NCBI GenBank assembly: GCA_021804985.1
Contig: JAJZGD010000004.1
Coordinates: 1 to 49,654 of the forward strand
Length of the DNA: 49,654 nt
Source of the DNA: Planctomycetota bacterium
GTDB taxonomy: Bacteria; Planctomycetota; Phycisphaerae; WQYP01
Reading direction: 5' to 3'
The translations under genes and the position numbers were made by a program. How positions within the stretch are numbered: position 1 is the stretch's first letter; each line of letters begins with the position of its first letter. The notes beneath the pieces were generated by a model. It saw nothing but the letters and a program-made list of their open reading frames with translations. It was not told the DNA's origin and ran no database searches. This document shows positions 19,701 to 29,073 of the stretch, piece by piece.

Positions 19701-21305
19701 TCAGCGGGCGCCCCCCGCCTGCGTGGACGGGTTGGTGGCCGCAGGTTTGCCCAGCAGGCCGTCGAGTTTCTTTTTATTCAGTGGGGTTACATTGGTGAAA
19801 TTCGTGATAACTTCCACCAGCTTCTTCTCAATGTCCGGCGTCAGATCACGCAGTTCCATAAGTTCTTTGCGAACTGCTTCGCCGGCGGATGTCCAATAAT
19901 CAATGAAATCGCGTTCCCATTGCTGCACATCACGTATGGCGACATTGTCGAGGAAGCCTTGCGTGGCAGCGTAGATCGAAGCAATCTGATCGACCACTTC
20001 CATCGGTTGGTATTGCGGCTGCTTGAGGATTTCTACCATGCGCGCACCGCGATCGAGCTGCTTTTGCGTTGCGGAATCGAGATCCGTTCCAATTTGGGTA
20101 AAGGCCTCCAGCGCTCGATAAGATGCAAGGTCCAGCCGCAGTGATGCCGCCACCTTCCGATGTTTCATCGCCTTGATTTGCGCCGCACCACCGACGCGGC
20201 TGACGGAAATGCCGACGTTAATGGCTGGGCGCACGCCGGCATAAAAGAGATCCGGCTCCAGATAAATTTGCCCATCGGTAATACTGATAACGTTGGTGGG
20301 AATATAAGCGGATACCTCGCCTTCCTGTGTTTCAATCACAGGTAACGCGGTCAGCGAGCCGCCCCCATTTTCCTTGGATAGTTTGCAGGCGCGCTCCAAA
20401 AGGCGGCTATGGAGGTAAAACACATCGCCGGGATAGGCCTCCCGGCCCGGCGGGCGCCTCAAAAGCAGCGAAAGCTGGCGATACGCCTGGGCCTGCTTAG
20501 AAAGATCGTCGTAAACACAGAGCGTTGCCTTGCCTTTCCACATGAAGTATTCCGCCATGGCACACGCCGCATACGGGGCAATATATTGCAGCGGAGCGCT
20601 ATCGGCGGCACTGGCATTGACGACGATCGTGTAATCCATTGCGCCATTGCGGCGCAGCACATCCACCACTCCGGCGACAGTCGATTCCTTCTGACCGATC
20701 GCTACGTAAACGCATATCACTTCACTCGGCGTGCCGAAGAATTTTTTCTGGTTAAGGATGGTGTCTACCGCCACGGCCGTCTTTCCGGTTTTGCGATCGC
20801 CGATGATCAACTCACGCTGGCCGCGGCCAATGGGAATCATCGAGTCGATAGCCTTTATGCCGGTCTGGAGCGGTTCCTTGACGGGCTGGCGATCAGCGAT
20901 TCCGGGTGCAATGATGTCCACGAGCCGGCGTTCGCCGGTCTCGATGGCGGCGCCGCCATCAATGGGCTGCCCCAGCGGATTAACGACTCTGCCAAGCAGG
21001 GCCGCCCCCACGGGCACGGACAACAGCTTGCCGGTCGCCTTAACCACATCCCCTTCTTTAATGTCGGCGAAATCTCCAAAGATCACGGCGCCGACCGTTT
21101 CCTCTTCAAGGTTAAACACCTGGCCGAAAATTCCATTGGGGAATTCAAGCATTTCTCCCGCCATCGCGCTGGTAAGTCCGTAAATGTGGGCAATGCCATC
21201 GCCCACGTCGATTACACGGCCAACCTGCGCAACATCGAGTTCATCCTTGTAATTGGTTATTTCCCGCTGAATAACGGATGTGATTTCATCAATTTTAAAC
21301 TTCAT
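19701..21305 (-). CDS. atpA: F0F1 ATP synthase subunit alpha
   Basis: [41 protein letters not shown] and ISVSRVGG. Likely start MKFK at 21305. Confidence 0.98.
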   Translation of the reverse strand: MKFKIDEITSVIQREITNYKDELDVAQVGRVIDVGDGIAHIYGLTSAMAGEMLEFPNGIFGQVFNLEEETVGAVIFGDFADIKEGDVVKATGKLLSVPVGAALLGRVVNPLGQPIDGGAAIETGERRLVDIIAPGIADRQPVKEPLQTGIKAIDSMIPIGRGQRELIIGDRKTGKTAVAVDTILNQKKFFGTPSEVICVYVAIGQKESTVAGVVDVLRRNGAMDYTIVVNASAADSAPLQYIAPYAACAMAEYFMWKGKATLCVYDDLSKQAQAYRQLSLLLRRPPGREAYPGDVFYLHSRLLERACKLSKENGGGSLTALPVIETQEGEVSAYIPTNVISITDGQIYLEPDLFYAGVRPAINVGISVSRVGGAAQIKAMKHRKVAASLRLDLASYRALEAFTQIGTDLDSATQKQLDRGARMVEILKQPQYQPMEVVDQIASIYAATQGFLDNVAIRDVQQWERDFIDYWTSAGEAVRKELMELRDLTPDIEKKLVEVITNFTNVTPLNKKKLDGLLGKPAATNPSTQAGGAR

Positions 21306-21356
21306 GTATATGCACCTTCCCATATGCCGCCAACAACCATCGGCGGCCTTAAGCCT

Positions 21357-21956
21357 TTACGGCAAAACCATTTGTCCAAGGTTCTCGGCGAGATCGGTAA
21401 ACAGCGCGTGCTTAATGCTCGCCTTAAGATCAGACAAACGCTGCCGAGCCGAACCGTCAATAAATGTATCGCCGATCTTAATCTGAATGCCCGCGATAAG
21501 TTCGGGCAAGATGGAGATTTTCAACATAACCTGCGAACCGTATTTTTTATTTAATTGCGATTCAATGCGCGAAGTTTGTTCCGGGGTGAGGGGCGCCGCG
21601 GAAAAAATATGAACGCTCGTGCGTCCGCATCGCTGGTGATGAACATCCACCACCGCGGTAACAAATTCCGGAAATAACTCGAGCCGATCCCGGTGCGCCA
21701 TCGACCGCAGCGTCGCCATGGTTAGTGGATTGAGGCACGCGCCAAACGCGCCAACCAAAATTTGAAGCTTTTCCGCACTGCTGATGGTTTCAGCACTAAG
21801 CAGGCTCATCAGGCCGCTTTTGGCCTCGAGCAAAGCACGCAGCGACTCCATATCATCGAGTACATCGGCAACCGATCCGACCGCCGCCGCCGAATCGTAA
21901 AGTGCAGCGGCATATACCGCAGCTATGGAACTCTTTTTTGTCGGCTCATGACTCAT
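21357..21956 (-). CDS. atpH: F0F1 ATP synthase subunit delta
   Basis: AAVYAAALY near the N-terminus and PELIAGIQIKIGDTFIDGS near the C-terminus; operon position. Confidence 0.93.
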   Translation of the reverse strand: MSHEPTKKSSIAAVYAAALYDSAAAVGSVADVLDDMESLRALLEAKSGLMSLLSAETISSAEKLQILVGAFGACLNPLTMATLRSMAHRDRLELFPEFVTAVVDVHHQRCGRTSVHIFSAAPLTPEQTSRIESQLNKKYGSQVMLKISILPELIAGIQIKIGDTFIDGSARQRLSDLKASIKHALFTDLAENLGQMVLP

Positions 21957-21990
21957 AACTTAATTCCAATCGCCGGATACCGGTAAACCA

Positions 21991-22707
21991 TCATCGGCCA
22001 TCCCGGTAGGCAGATAACTCTTCGAGCGTTTGAGATATCAGATTATCCTGATCTTGCGGCGATACCTGGCGGGAAAGGATTTTCGATGCCATGAGCGAAC
22101 TGAGTTGCAAAGTGTAATCGGCGATTTCCGAAAGCGCCTGCTGTTTGGCGGTCTGAATATCGCGGATTGCCTGATCTTTGATGGCACGTGATTCGGCCTC
22201 GGCATGCTGACGAATAATCTCCGCCGCCTTGGCCGCATCCGCTTTGGCCTGCTGAAGTTGCAGTGATGCCTGCCGCTGCACCTCGGCGATTTTTTCCTCC
22301 AGGCTGCGCCGCGTCTGTTCGACCTGCGCTTCTGCCTCGGCAGCCGCACGGATACTCTCGCGGATGGCTTCTTCGCGGCGTTTAAGCCCGGTAATCAGCG
22401 GGCGCCACGCAAATTTTCCCAGCAACATGACCAACAGCGCAAAAATCACCAGGGTGATCAACCCCATGCCCACTTGAATGGACATCAGCGATGCGCCTTC
22501 ATTCGAAGTGCTGCGCCCCCCACCAGATGCATAAGCCATTGAAGACGCCAGCAGCACGGATAACACGCCGAGCATTGGGGCAAACAGCCGGGGGGCCAGC
22601 AATTGGGGCGCAAGCAGCCGACGGCCGGGCAACTGTCTGCCAAGCGAGGGGCCGCCGTTGGGGAGATTGCCGGGCTGCATCGTAAATTTGTTCATGGCGA
22701 TTTCCAT
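21991..22707 (-). CDS. atpF: F0F1 ATP synthase subunit b with an N-terminal extension
   Basis: TM segment ending LGKFAWRPLITGLKRREEAI, followed by a long coiled coil; operon position. Confidence 0.93.
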   Translation of the reverse strand: MEIAMNKFTMQPGNLPNGGPSLGRQLPGRRLLAPQLLAPRLFAPMLGVLSVLLASSMAYASGGGRSTSNEGASLMSIQVGMGLITLVIFALLVMLLGKFAWRPLITGLKRREEAIRESIRAAAEAEAQVEQTRRSLEEKIAEVQRQASLQLQQAKADAAKAAEIIRQHAEAESRAIKDQAIRDIQTAKQQALSEIADYTLQLSSLMASKILSRQVSPQDQDNLISQTLEELSAYRDGR

Positions 22708-22766
22708 TTCCTTCTGGCGGGACGGGGTGATCGGCCGTGCGCGGCGGATACCAACCGCACCCCGCC

Positions 22767-23069
22767 TCAGAGGCCGCCGTTGCGAATCAGTACAATCATC
22801 GCCAAAACCAGCAGCAGAAAGGTGAAACCTTCAATGATGGCGGCGGCGAGAAAGAACTGCGTTCGAATCATATTGATCAGTTCCGGCTGACGGGCGGTTG
22901 CCTCGCACATGCTTCCACCGATTGCACCGACACCGGCACCGGCTCCGCCTACGCCTGCCCCCGCGCCAATCAGGGCGCCGGCGATTTGAATCGATTTGGT
23001 TAACGATTCCATGGCTTCAGCGCTCTGCGAAACCATCTGGTGGGCGTGCGTTGTGGTTGCGACATCCAT
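22767..23069 (-). CDS. atpE: F0F1 ATP synthase subunit c
   Basis: Gly-rich helix, ARQPE loop and conserved Glu (IIEGFT). No E-S/T Na+ signature, so probably H+-coupled. Confidence 0.95.
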   Translation of the reverse strand: MDVATTTHAHQMVSQSAEAMESLTKSIQIAGALIGAGAGVGGAGAGVGAIGGSMCEATARQPELINMIRTQFFLAAAIIEGFTFLLLVLAMIVLIRNGGL

Positions 23070-23139
23070 AAGAACTCCTTTAATTCCACGAATCTATCTT
23101 GTACCGTCCGCAGACACCAAGTCCGCGATCATCCCCGTA

Positions 23140-23167
23140 ACAATCCCATGACAATCCCATGACAATC
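23140..23167. repeat. 11-bp tandem repeat ACAATCCCATG, about 2.5 copies
   Basis: ACAATCCCATG ACAATCCCATG ACAATC in the atpB-atpE spacer, touching the atpB stop. Confidence 0.85.
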
Positions 23168-24107
23168 AATGTTCAGTGGCTACGGCCTCCGCAATGTAGG
23201 CCGCACTCAGCAGTGTAAAAATGTATGCCTGAAGAAACGCTTCAAGCAGATGCAAAGCCTCAAACGCCGTGCCGAAAAGAATGACCGGCACACCGGCCAC
23301 GCCCCGCATCACAACGCCGCCAAGGGCAAAAACAATACTCACCAGAACGGCCACCACCAACGGCCCGGACATCATCACGGCAAACAACCGCATGCAAAGG
23401 GCCAGCGGCTTTACGAAGGTTCCCAGCAATTCAAGAACAAACATAAAAGGCCAAAGCCACCAGGGCACGCCGGGGGGCACAATATGGGCAAGATATTTTC
23501 CCATGCCAACCAACATAGCGCCAAGGATGGATCGCTTGACGACCGGATGCGCATGGCCATGGCCGACGCGGCGGGCCTGGCGAATAAATTCACCGATGCC
23601 GGTGATGTGAACGGTTAAAAAGGTGCAGATGGCAAGCGTCGCGGTGACGGTGAGATCGCCGGTGGCCCCACCCCAGAATTCCGGAATATGAGCGCCGGCC
23701 CCGCGGTTGATAATCGTAATAAGTTCATCGACGGGCACCATCCCCATCAGATTGGCAAAAAGGATGAAAAAGAATGCGGTCCATAAATAGGGGGTAAATA
23801 CATCCGACCATTTGCCCAGCATGGGGTCGAAGGTTTCCTGCTTGAGAAATACCAGCATGGCCTCAAAGAAATTCCGCACGCCGGTGGGCACCGGATCCGT
23901 TTGTAATTTTCGCGCCATGTACGGGAAAATAGCCAGCATCAGCGCCGCCGAAAGCACCAGCATAAGCACATGGCTGGTAAAGTAGGTTGGCTGACCAAAA
24001 AGTGTAAACAGCGGCTGATCCCAGATACGGTGGGGTACCGTACCATTGAGCACATCGACCGCTACAAGTGGAGCTGTCGAAACTTCGGTGGAAAAACCGG
24101 AGATCAT
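23166..24107 (-). CDS. atpB: F0F1 ATP synthase subunit a
   Basis: FFFILFANLMGMVP, ATGDLTVT, KPLALCMRLFAVM (conserved Arg) and LQAYIFTLL. Confidence 0.95.
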   Translation of the reverse strand: MISGFSTEVSTAPLVAVDVLNGTVPHRIWDQPLFTLFGQPTYFTSHVLMLVLSAALMLAIFPYMARKLQTDPVPTGVRNFFEAMLVFLKQETFDPMLGKWSDVFTPYLWTAFFFILFANLMGMVPVDELITIINRGAGAHIPEFWGGATGDLTVTATLAICTFLTVHITGIGEFIRQARRVGHGHAHPVVKRSILGAMLVGMGKYLAHIVPPGVPWWLWPFMFVLELLGTFVKPLALCMRLFAVMMSGPLVVAVLVSIVFALGGVVMRGVAGVPVILFGTAFEALHLLEAFLQAYIFTLLSAAYIAEAVATEH

Positions 24108-24221
24108 ATCGACTCTGATTTACGTTTACCCTGAGTTGGATGCAGCCCGCCAGAGCTGCCCAAAGACACGCAGGGCATGGAGTTTTAACCCATCCACGCA
24201 TGAGCGTCAAACATTTGGCCT

Positions 24222-24650
24222 TTACATTCGCGAGTGCTTCATCACCCAGGATGAAACCACGCTTTCACCAATCAACAAAAGAAAATAAAAGCCAACCAGC
24301 CAAAGTATTAATGCCATTTTATGGGCATCGCGCGGAAGCACCGTAACCGCCACCACCCCCCCAATACCGACGCCCACCAGCCGCGCCATGTTCGCCAGCG
24401 TCGCACAACGCAGCAACATAACGCCTCCGCGCCCGATCATGATGGCCATGGGAAGAACGGCGAACAGGCCCACGATAATGCTGATACCCGCGGCGACCAG
24501 CATCTCAAGGGGATGCACCGGGCGATTGAGCAAAGCCGCAGCTGCAGCCCCCACGCCCGCCCCAAAAAGCACCACCGCAATGGGGCAGAAAAGCAATCCC
24601 AGTCGTAAATATTTTTCCGGGAGATACTTGGATTCAGCGGTTTGAGCCAC
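24222..24650 (-). CDS. Membrane protein, probable AtpI-like accessory subunit
   Basis: About four hydrophobic segments; lies directly upstream of atpB. Confidence 0.65.
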   Translation of the reverse strand: MAQTAESKYLPEKYLRLGLLFCPIAVVLFGAGVGAAAAALLNRPVHPLEMLVAAGISIIVGLFAVLPMAIMIGRGGVMLLRCATLANMARLVGVGIGGVVAVTVLPRDAHKMALILWLVGFYFLLLIGESVVSSWVMKHSRM

Positions 24651-24658
24651 GCTTGTGC

Positions 24659-25006
24659 CTACTTTTTATCAACCCACAGGAAGGTACGAATCTGAAGATA
24701 AGTTCCGCCAACCACCCCGATCACGATACCCCCCAACGTGCCCAAGCCATGGAGTTTAAATCGGTCGTCGAACCACATCCCGACCAGGGCGCAGATCAAC
24801 ACCACTCCGAAAAACTCTATCCCCATGCCCGCCATTCGCCGCCAACCGGTTGCCGCCTGCCGCTCGCTGACCTCGGTGGCATGCTGCTCCAGCCGGCCGA
24901 GTGGACCAGCCGATGGCCGGCTGCCATCTTTGTTAACTTTGGGGTCTGGTACCCCTTGGCTACCTTGCCCGGCGCTCTCACTGGAAGACTTTGTACTATT
25001 TTTCAC
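24659..25006 (-). CDS. AtpZ/AtpI-family two-TM protein
   Basis: GWRRMAGMGIEF...LVGMWFDDRF...GGIVIGVVGG pattern typical of AtpZ/'gene 1'. Start uncertain (GTG 25006 or ATG 24835). Confidence 0.75.
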   Translation of the reverse strand: MKNSTKSSSESAGQGSQGVPDPKVNKDGSRPSAGPLGRLEQHATEVSERQAATGWRRMAGMGIEFFGVVLICALVGMWFDDRFKLHGLGTLGGIVIGVVGGTYLQIRTFLWVDKK

Positions 25007-25018
25007 AATGTTTGTCAA
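24990..25018 (-). promoter_or_regulatory. Candidate sigma70 promoter for the atp operon
   Basis: Minus strand TTGACA-N17-TACAAA in an AT-rich patch; the -10 box is imperfect. Confidence 0.35.
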
Positions 25019-25056
25019 CCCCCGAGTATTTCCCAGCGCCCCGCCGCTACTGCAAC

Positions 25057-26421
25057 TCAAAGCCCGCCCTTTAACACACGCTGCACACCCGCATTGGCCT
25101 TGGGCTTCTCTGGTGCCGCTGCCGGCATGGCCGGCATGTTGCGCTGCGCGGAGGCATCGGATACTTTAGGCGCTTCGGCCGCGGCCATTTCTGCCGATTG
25201 CGCCTGACTTATCGACAGGCTTATCCGCTTCTTGTCCAGATCAATGCTTAAAACTTTTAACCGGACCCGGTCGCCCGGTGATACCACCTGTCGGGGATGG
25301 GCCACTCGGCGGCTTGATAGTTCCGATACGTGCACCATCCCCTCAACCCCGGGTGCGAGCTCAACGAACACGCCAAAATCAATCAGCCGCGTTACCGTGC
25401 CTTCTACCATGGCTCCAATCGGATAGGTGGTGGAAACTTCCAGCCATGGATCCGCCATGCGGTAACGCAGATCCAATGCGATGCGCTGCTTTTCCCGATC
25501 GAGCGAAAGAATCATCACCTGAACGCTGTCGCCGGCCCGCACAATTTTGCCCGGATCAGAGACCCGGCCGTGGCTCATGGCCGATACGTGTATCAGCCCC
25601 TCAACGCCACCAAGATCAACAAACGCCCCAAATGGCACCACCCGCGTGACCAAACCCGTCACGATCTGACCGGTTGCCAATTCCGTCCATAGTTTTTCCC
25701 GCTTCACCGCCAGTTCCGCTTCCATCAAAACTCGGCGGCTCACGATCAAGCGCTTTTCCATCCGATCAATTTCTATGATCTGACATTTAAAGCGCTCACC
25801 AACGAGTAAATTTAAATCCGCCGTGAATTTAACATCCACTTGCCCCGCCGGCATAAACGCCCGCAGGTTATTGATCTTCACTTCCAGGCCGCCCTTGTTG
25901 GCCGCGGTGGCCACGCCCTCGACAATGTCGCCATCATGCAGCTGATCCCAACCGCCATGGTTCACCGAGCCTTTGCGCGATAACAGCACCAAGCCTTCGG
26001 CCGCGTTGTAACCCGCAAAAACAAATTCATGCTCTTCACCAATGCGGACCGCCTGCTCCGGCAGGTTCAAATCCGACGGGGCGAAATGCTCGAGCGGGCA
26101 AACGCCCTGCGACTTGCCCCCAAGATCGACAAATACACTGCCCCCACGTATGGCCGCCACCACGCCGCGACGCACTCGATTGTCCACGGCTTCATCGGCG
26201 ACGCCGGATGGGCGACCACCCCGAACCGGTCGCGCCTCGGACGCATCCGGTGCCGATGCGGTCGTCTTCACGCGTGTCAGCAAATCGTCCATCGTCAGGC
26301 CGGCCATGGCTTCGTTTACCGCCTGATTGATATCAAAGTTCTCTTCCCCGCCACCCGACTGTGCAGCAGGTGGAAATATTTCATTCATCAACGTTACTGC
26401 CTTCCCTTCATAATAAGACAT
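25057..26421 (-). CDS. S1 RNA-binding repeat protein (RpsA-like, about four S1 domains)
   Basis: Repeated S1 motifs: VFVDLGGKSQG, RAFMPAGQVD, FGAFVDLGGVEGLIHVS and FGVFVELAPGVEGMVHVSELS. The start may be near 26388-26391. Confidence 0.9.
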   Translation of the reverse strand: MSYYEGKAVTLMNEIFPPAAQSGGGEENFDINQAVNEAMAGLTMDDLLTRVKTTASAPDASEARPVRGGRPSGVADEAVDNRVRRGVVAAIRGGSVFVDLGGKSQGVCPLEHFAPSDLNLPEQAVRIGEEHEFVFAGYNAAEGLVLLSRKGSVNHGGWDQLHDGDIVEGVATAANKGGLEVKINNLRAFMPAGQVDVKFTADLNLLVGERFKCQIIEIDRMEKRLIVSRRVLMEAELAVKREKLWTELATGQIVTGLVTRVVPFGAFVDLGGVEGLIHVSAMSHGRVSDPGKIVRAGDSVQVMILSLDREKQRIALDLRYRMADPWLEVSTTYPIGAMVEGTVTRLIDFGVFVELAPGVEGMVHVSELSSRRVAHPRQVVSPGDRVRLKVLSIDLDKKRISLSISQAQSAEMAAAEAPKVSDASAQRNMPAMPAAAPEKPKANAGVQRVLKGGL

Positions 26422-26427
26422 GCAAAC

Positions 26428-27570
26428 CTATACTCTCATCGTTTCAGGCTCGATACCCATTTTAAGGCACCATTGCAAATATTTTGTCGGCACCACCTCG
26501 CTCGGCTTTATTTCGCTTCGCCCACCCCAGAATACATTCGTATAATTCACGGCCATGCCGCATGCCGCCAAATGCGTATCGATTGCCTTTTTGTGTTCGA
26601 GAAGCAATCCCTTGTCAGACCCGTGCGCCACCCCCATCACATTGACATTGCCAAACTCCGGCCCACCCTCGCGCCAGTAAGCGTGCGTCATGATGTGGAA
26701 GCGTCCCACCTGCTTACCGGCGTCAAGTTCGCGACCGGCGGGAACCGCCCAGTGATAAAGGGCGTTGTACTGCGTCACTTTTTCGCCGGTGGAAAGCGGT
26801 TTGACGTGCTCCAGAAAAGTCGAAAACCGCCCCACCACCCCCATTGAAGATAATTCGCGGCCGATCGATAAAAATTCGTCCAGCGAAACCCCCGCCTCGG
26901 CGGCGCGGGGCAACCATAAATCGCGGCGGATTTCCGATGGCGAAAATTCCCGCTTCAATGCCACCAGCACGTTCCATTGCCCAGGCGAAAGCTTAACCAC
27001 GTCGGTCGAGGTAACCTCGGCCGGTGCTTCGGCCATACTGCCGGGCGCTATGTGGCGCCGCCGTACGTGCCCCACACCGAGTGTGAACAGGCATTTCGCC
27101 GGCATGATGTGAAATGATTCAGCCCCCACGCGCCGCTGGAGCGCTTCACAATGCCGACGAATAGAAAATCCCTGCGGCACCTTCAGCGTAGTCCAAAGGC
27201 GATAACGCGACCCGGAGGTGTTGCCGTCGGTTGAACGGATCACCACATGGCCGGAGAAGGGATCTTCGCGGAACATAAATTCAAAGGCGCTATTGAGCTG
27301 CTCGGCGGGCACCTGCCAGGCAACCAGCGCACCATCGGCAAGGCTTGTGGCCAGCAGCGTTTGACGTACCCGGCGAATAACGCCTGCGCCAAGCATGGCG
27401 GCTATGCGTGCGATAACCGTTGGTTCATCGACACCGGACAGGCGTGAAATCTCGCCGATGGGATCGGCCGAAAAACCCTGAATGCGGTCTTCTGAAATCG
27501 CCAGAATGCGGGCGTTAATGGGATCAGAGATCGCCACGGGCACCGTTGGTGGGTCTATCTGTGTTTTCAT
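26428..27570 (-). CDS. Lrp/AsnC-fold protein, siroheme decarboxylase AhbA/AhbB (NirDL)-like two-module fusion
   Basis: Two HTH+Lrp modules, with GVIRRV / GVVGRF and SGHVVIRS...YRLWTT / MTHAYWR...NVMGVAHG echoing the Ahb H-x-Y-x-R motifs. Confidence 0.65.
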   Translation of the reverse strand: MKTQIDPPTVPVAISDPINARILAISEDRIQGFSADPIGEISRLSGVDEPTVIARIAAMLGAGVIRRVRQTLLATSLADGALVAWQVPAEQLNSAFEFMFREDPFSGHVVIRSTDGNTSGSRYRLWTTLKVPQGFSIRRHCEALQRRVGAESFHIMPAKCLFTLGVGHVRRRHIAPGSMAEAPAEVTSTDVVKLSPGQWNVLVALKREFSPSEIRRDLWLPRAAEAGVSLDEFLSIGRELSSMGVVGRFSTFLEHVKPLSTGEKVTQYNALYHWAVPAGRELDAGKQVGRFHIMTHAYWREGGPEFGNVNVMGVAHGSDKGLLLEHKKAIDTHLAACGMAVNYTNVFWGGRSEIKPSEVVPTKYLQWCLKMGIEPETMRV

Positions 27571-27640
27571 AAGCTTCGAGTATATCCGAACACGCGCTCA
27601 AGGTTGGTTAAAAAGCGGGCACAATGGCCATGCGTCATAC

Positions 27641-28633
27641 TCATGGCTTTGGCGCGCCCTTATGCCAGGTTGCTGCCGCACTGCGCAGCATGCGTCGGGG
27701 CAGCGACCAGTGAATGAGCACCTGCGACCGGACGTTGGTAATTTTAAGCCGGTGGATAAGACCGGCCATCACCATCTGATGATCGTTGGCATTGGCGCCT
27801 GAAGCGCGGTTGATAAATATTCTTTGAAAGTTGCGTAGTTGATTGCCGGTCTGCATCGCAGCCACCGGCGAAAGCATCGAGAATTTGCCCTGAACCAGAT
27901 ACCCACCCGGCCCGGGCGCAATGGCCAGCCAAATGGATTTAACCTTTCTAACCGGAGGCGGCACATCCAACGGGTTCTGCACTTTATCGATCAGCTGCTG
28001 CACGTGGGTAAGGCAAACGTACCCGATGGCATTTTCCGGCATGTGGCTGAAAAGCGCCGATTGCGGCGGCTTGGGTTTGCTTACCCCTAAAACACAATTC
28101 AGTGAATCCTCAAACAGCGATTTATTTCTGGAGCCGAGCACCAGGCCCGGTTTCGGAACGGAAACATATATCGGCGGCTGCCCGGGGGAATGTTGCGCCT
28201 GCGCGTTGAATTTATAGATGTTTATTCCATCATATGACAATACCTTTACACCCTTATCCCCCTTGAGCGCTGCGATGATGGTACGGGGCTTGGCGGTGGT
28301 TCCGATGGCAAATACGCCCTTGCCTCCCGGGCCCACAGTTGTGCCAAAAATCGTAAGCGCCTGCACATTGTGCTCGATGCGGATACCTAAATGGGTTCGA
28401 CACACTTTGGCTAATTGCTTAAATTGCGGACTTCGTTCGATATCCAGCACCGGGCCGGTCGCGGCAGACGGGCTTCCCTTCGCGGACACCAACCGGACAT
28501 ATGCAATCCAATTCGCATTGGCGGGGATGGCCGCCCGAGCGCTAAAAGGTGCCGGGGGCGGCGCCGCTGCGGCAACCACCACGGAGCATACGGGCAGACA
28601 GAACAGGGCGAGTTTTATACCAAAAGATGTCAC
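27641..28633 (-). CDS. Hypothetical secreted protein
   Basis: GTG at 28633 after GGAGG; signal peptide followed by AAAAPPPAP. No family recognised. Confidence 0.75.
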   Translation of the reverse strand: MTSFGIKLALFCLPVCSVVVAAAAPPPAPFSARAAIPANANWIAYVRLVSAKGSPSAATGPVLDIERSPQFKQLAKVCRTHLGIRIEHNVQALTIFGTTVGPGGKGVFAIGTTAKPRTIIAALKGDKGVKVLSYDGINIYKFNAQAQHSPGQPPIYVSVPKPGLVLGSRNKSLFEDSLNCVLGVSKPKPPQSALFSHMPENAIGYVCLTHVQQLIDKVQNPLDVPPPVRKVKSIWLAIAPGPGGYLVQGKFSMLSPVAAMQTGNQLRNFQRIFINRASGANANDHQMVMAGLIHRLKITNVRSQVLIHWSLPRRMLRSAAATWHKGAPKP

Positions 28634-29073
28634 GCGAACCTCCGGAAGCCAAGTCAGATGGGACTGTGTTAAATGCAACGCCTGCGAGGGGCACGCCCAA
28701 CACAGGCCACGCAACGCTAATAAGCGCTGAGCGACCATCACGATAACCGCCCCATGGTGACCTCGAAATGCGAATGGGCCGCAACGCACGACCCGACAAT
28801 ATAGTGTAACCAAAGCCGCATCGGTGCACGACCCAAGGCTCGCCGCGGTGAATTCACCCTTTCAAGTGGCTGCGAGGATGGGGATGCCGGGGCAGGCGCA
28901 TCGGCGATCGGGTCCGATTTTATTGGGTCGCCCGGTTATCGCCGCCCCTCACCACTCATATGTAAATATTCGCAACCATTGCTTTGCCAAAGCGTGATAC
29001 TGCCAAGGGGCAACAAATTCTGCCCGCTACCCCGCTGGTGCATGGAACGCTTCGATAACTTGAGGCATTGATT

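Noticed and set aside
22767-23069. Na+-coupled or N-type ATPase
   Set aside because: Subunit c lacks the Na+ ligand signature, and the operon has atpH with the standard F-type gene order.
25595-25608. 14-bp match (AGCCCCTCAACGCC) to the 3' end of tRNA-Val as an att duplication
   Set aside because: It lies inside the conserved GVEGL motif of the S1 gene, the intervening genes are housekeeping, and there is no integrase; likely chance.
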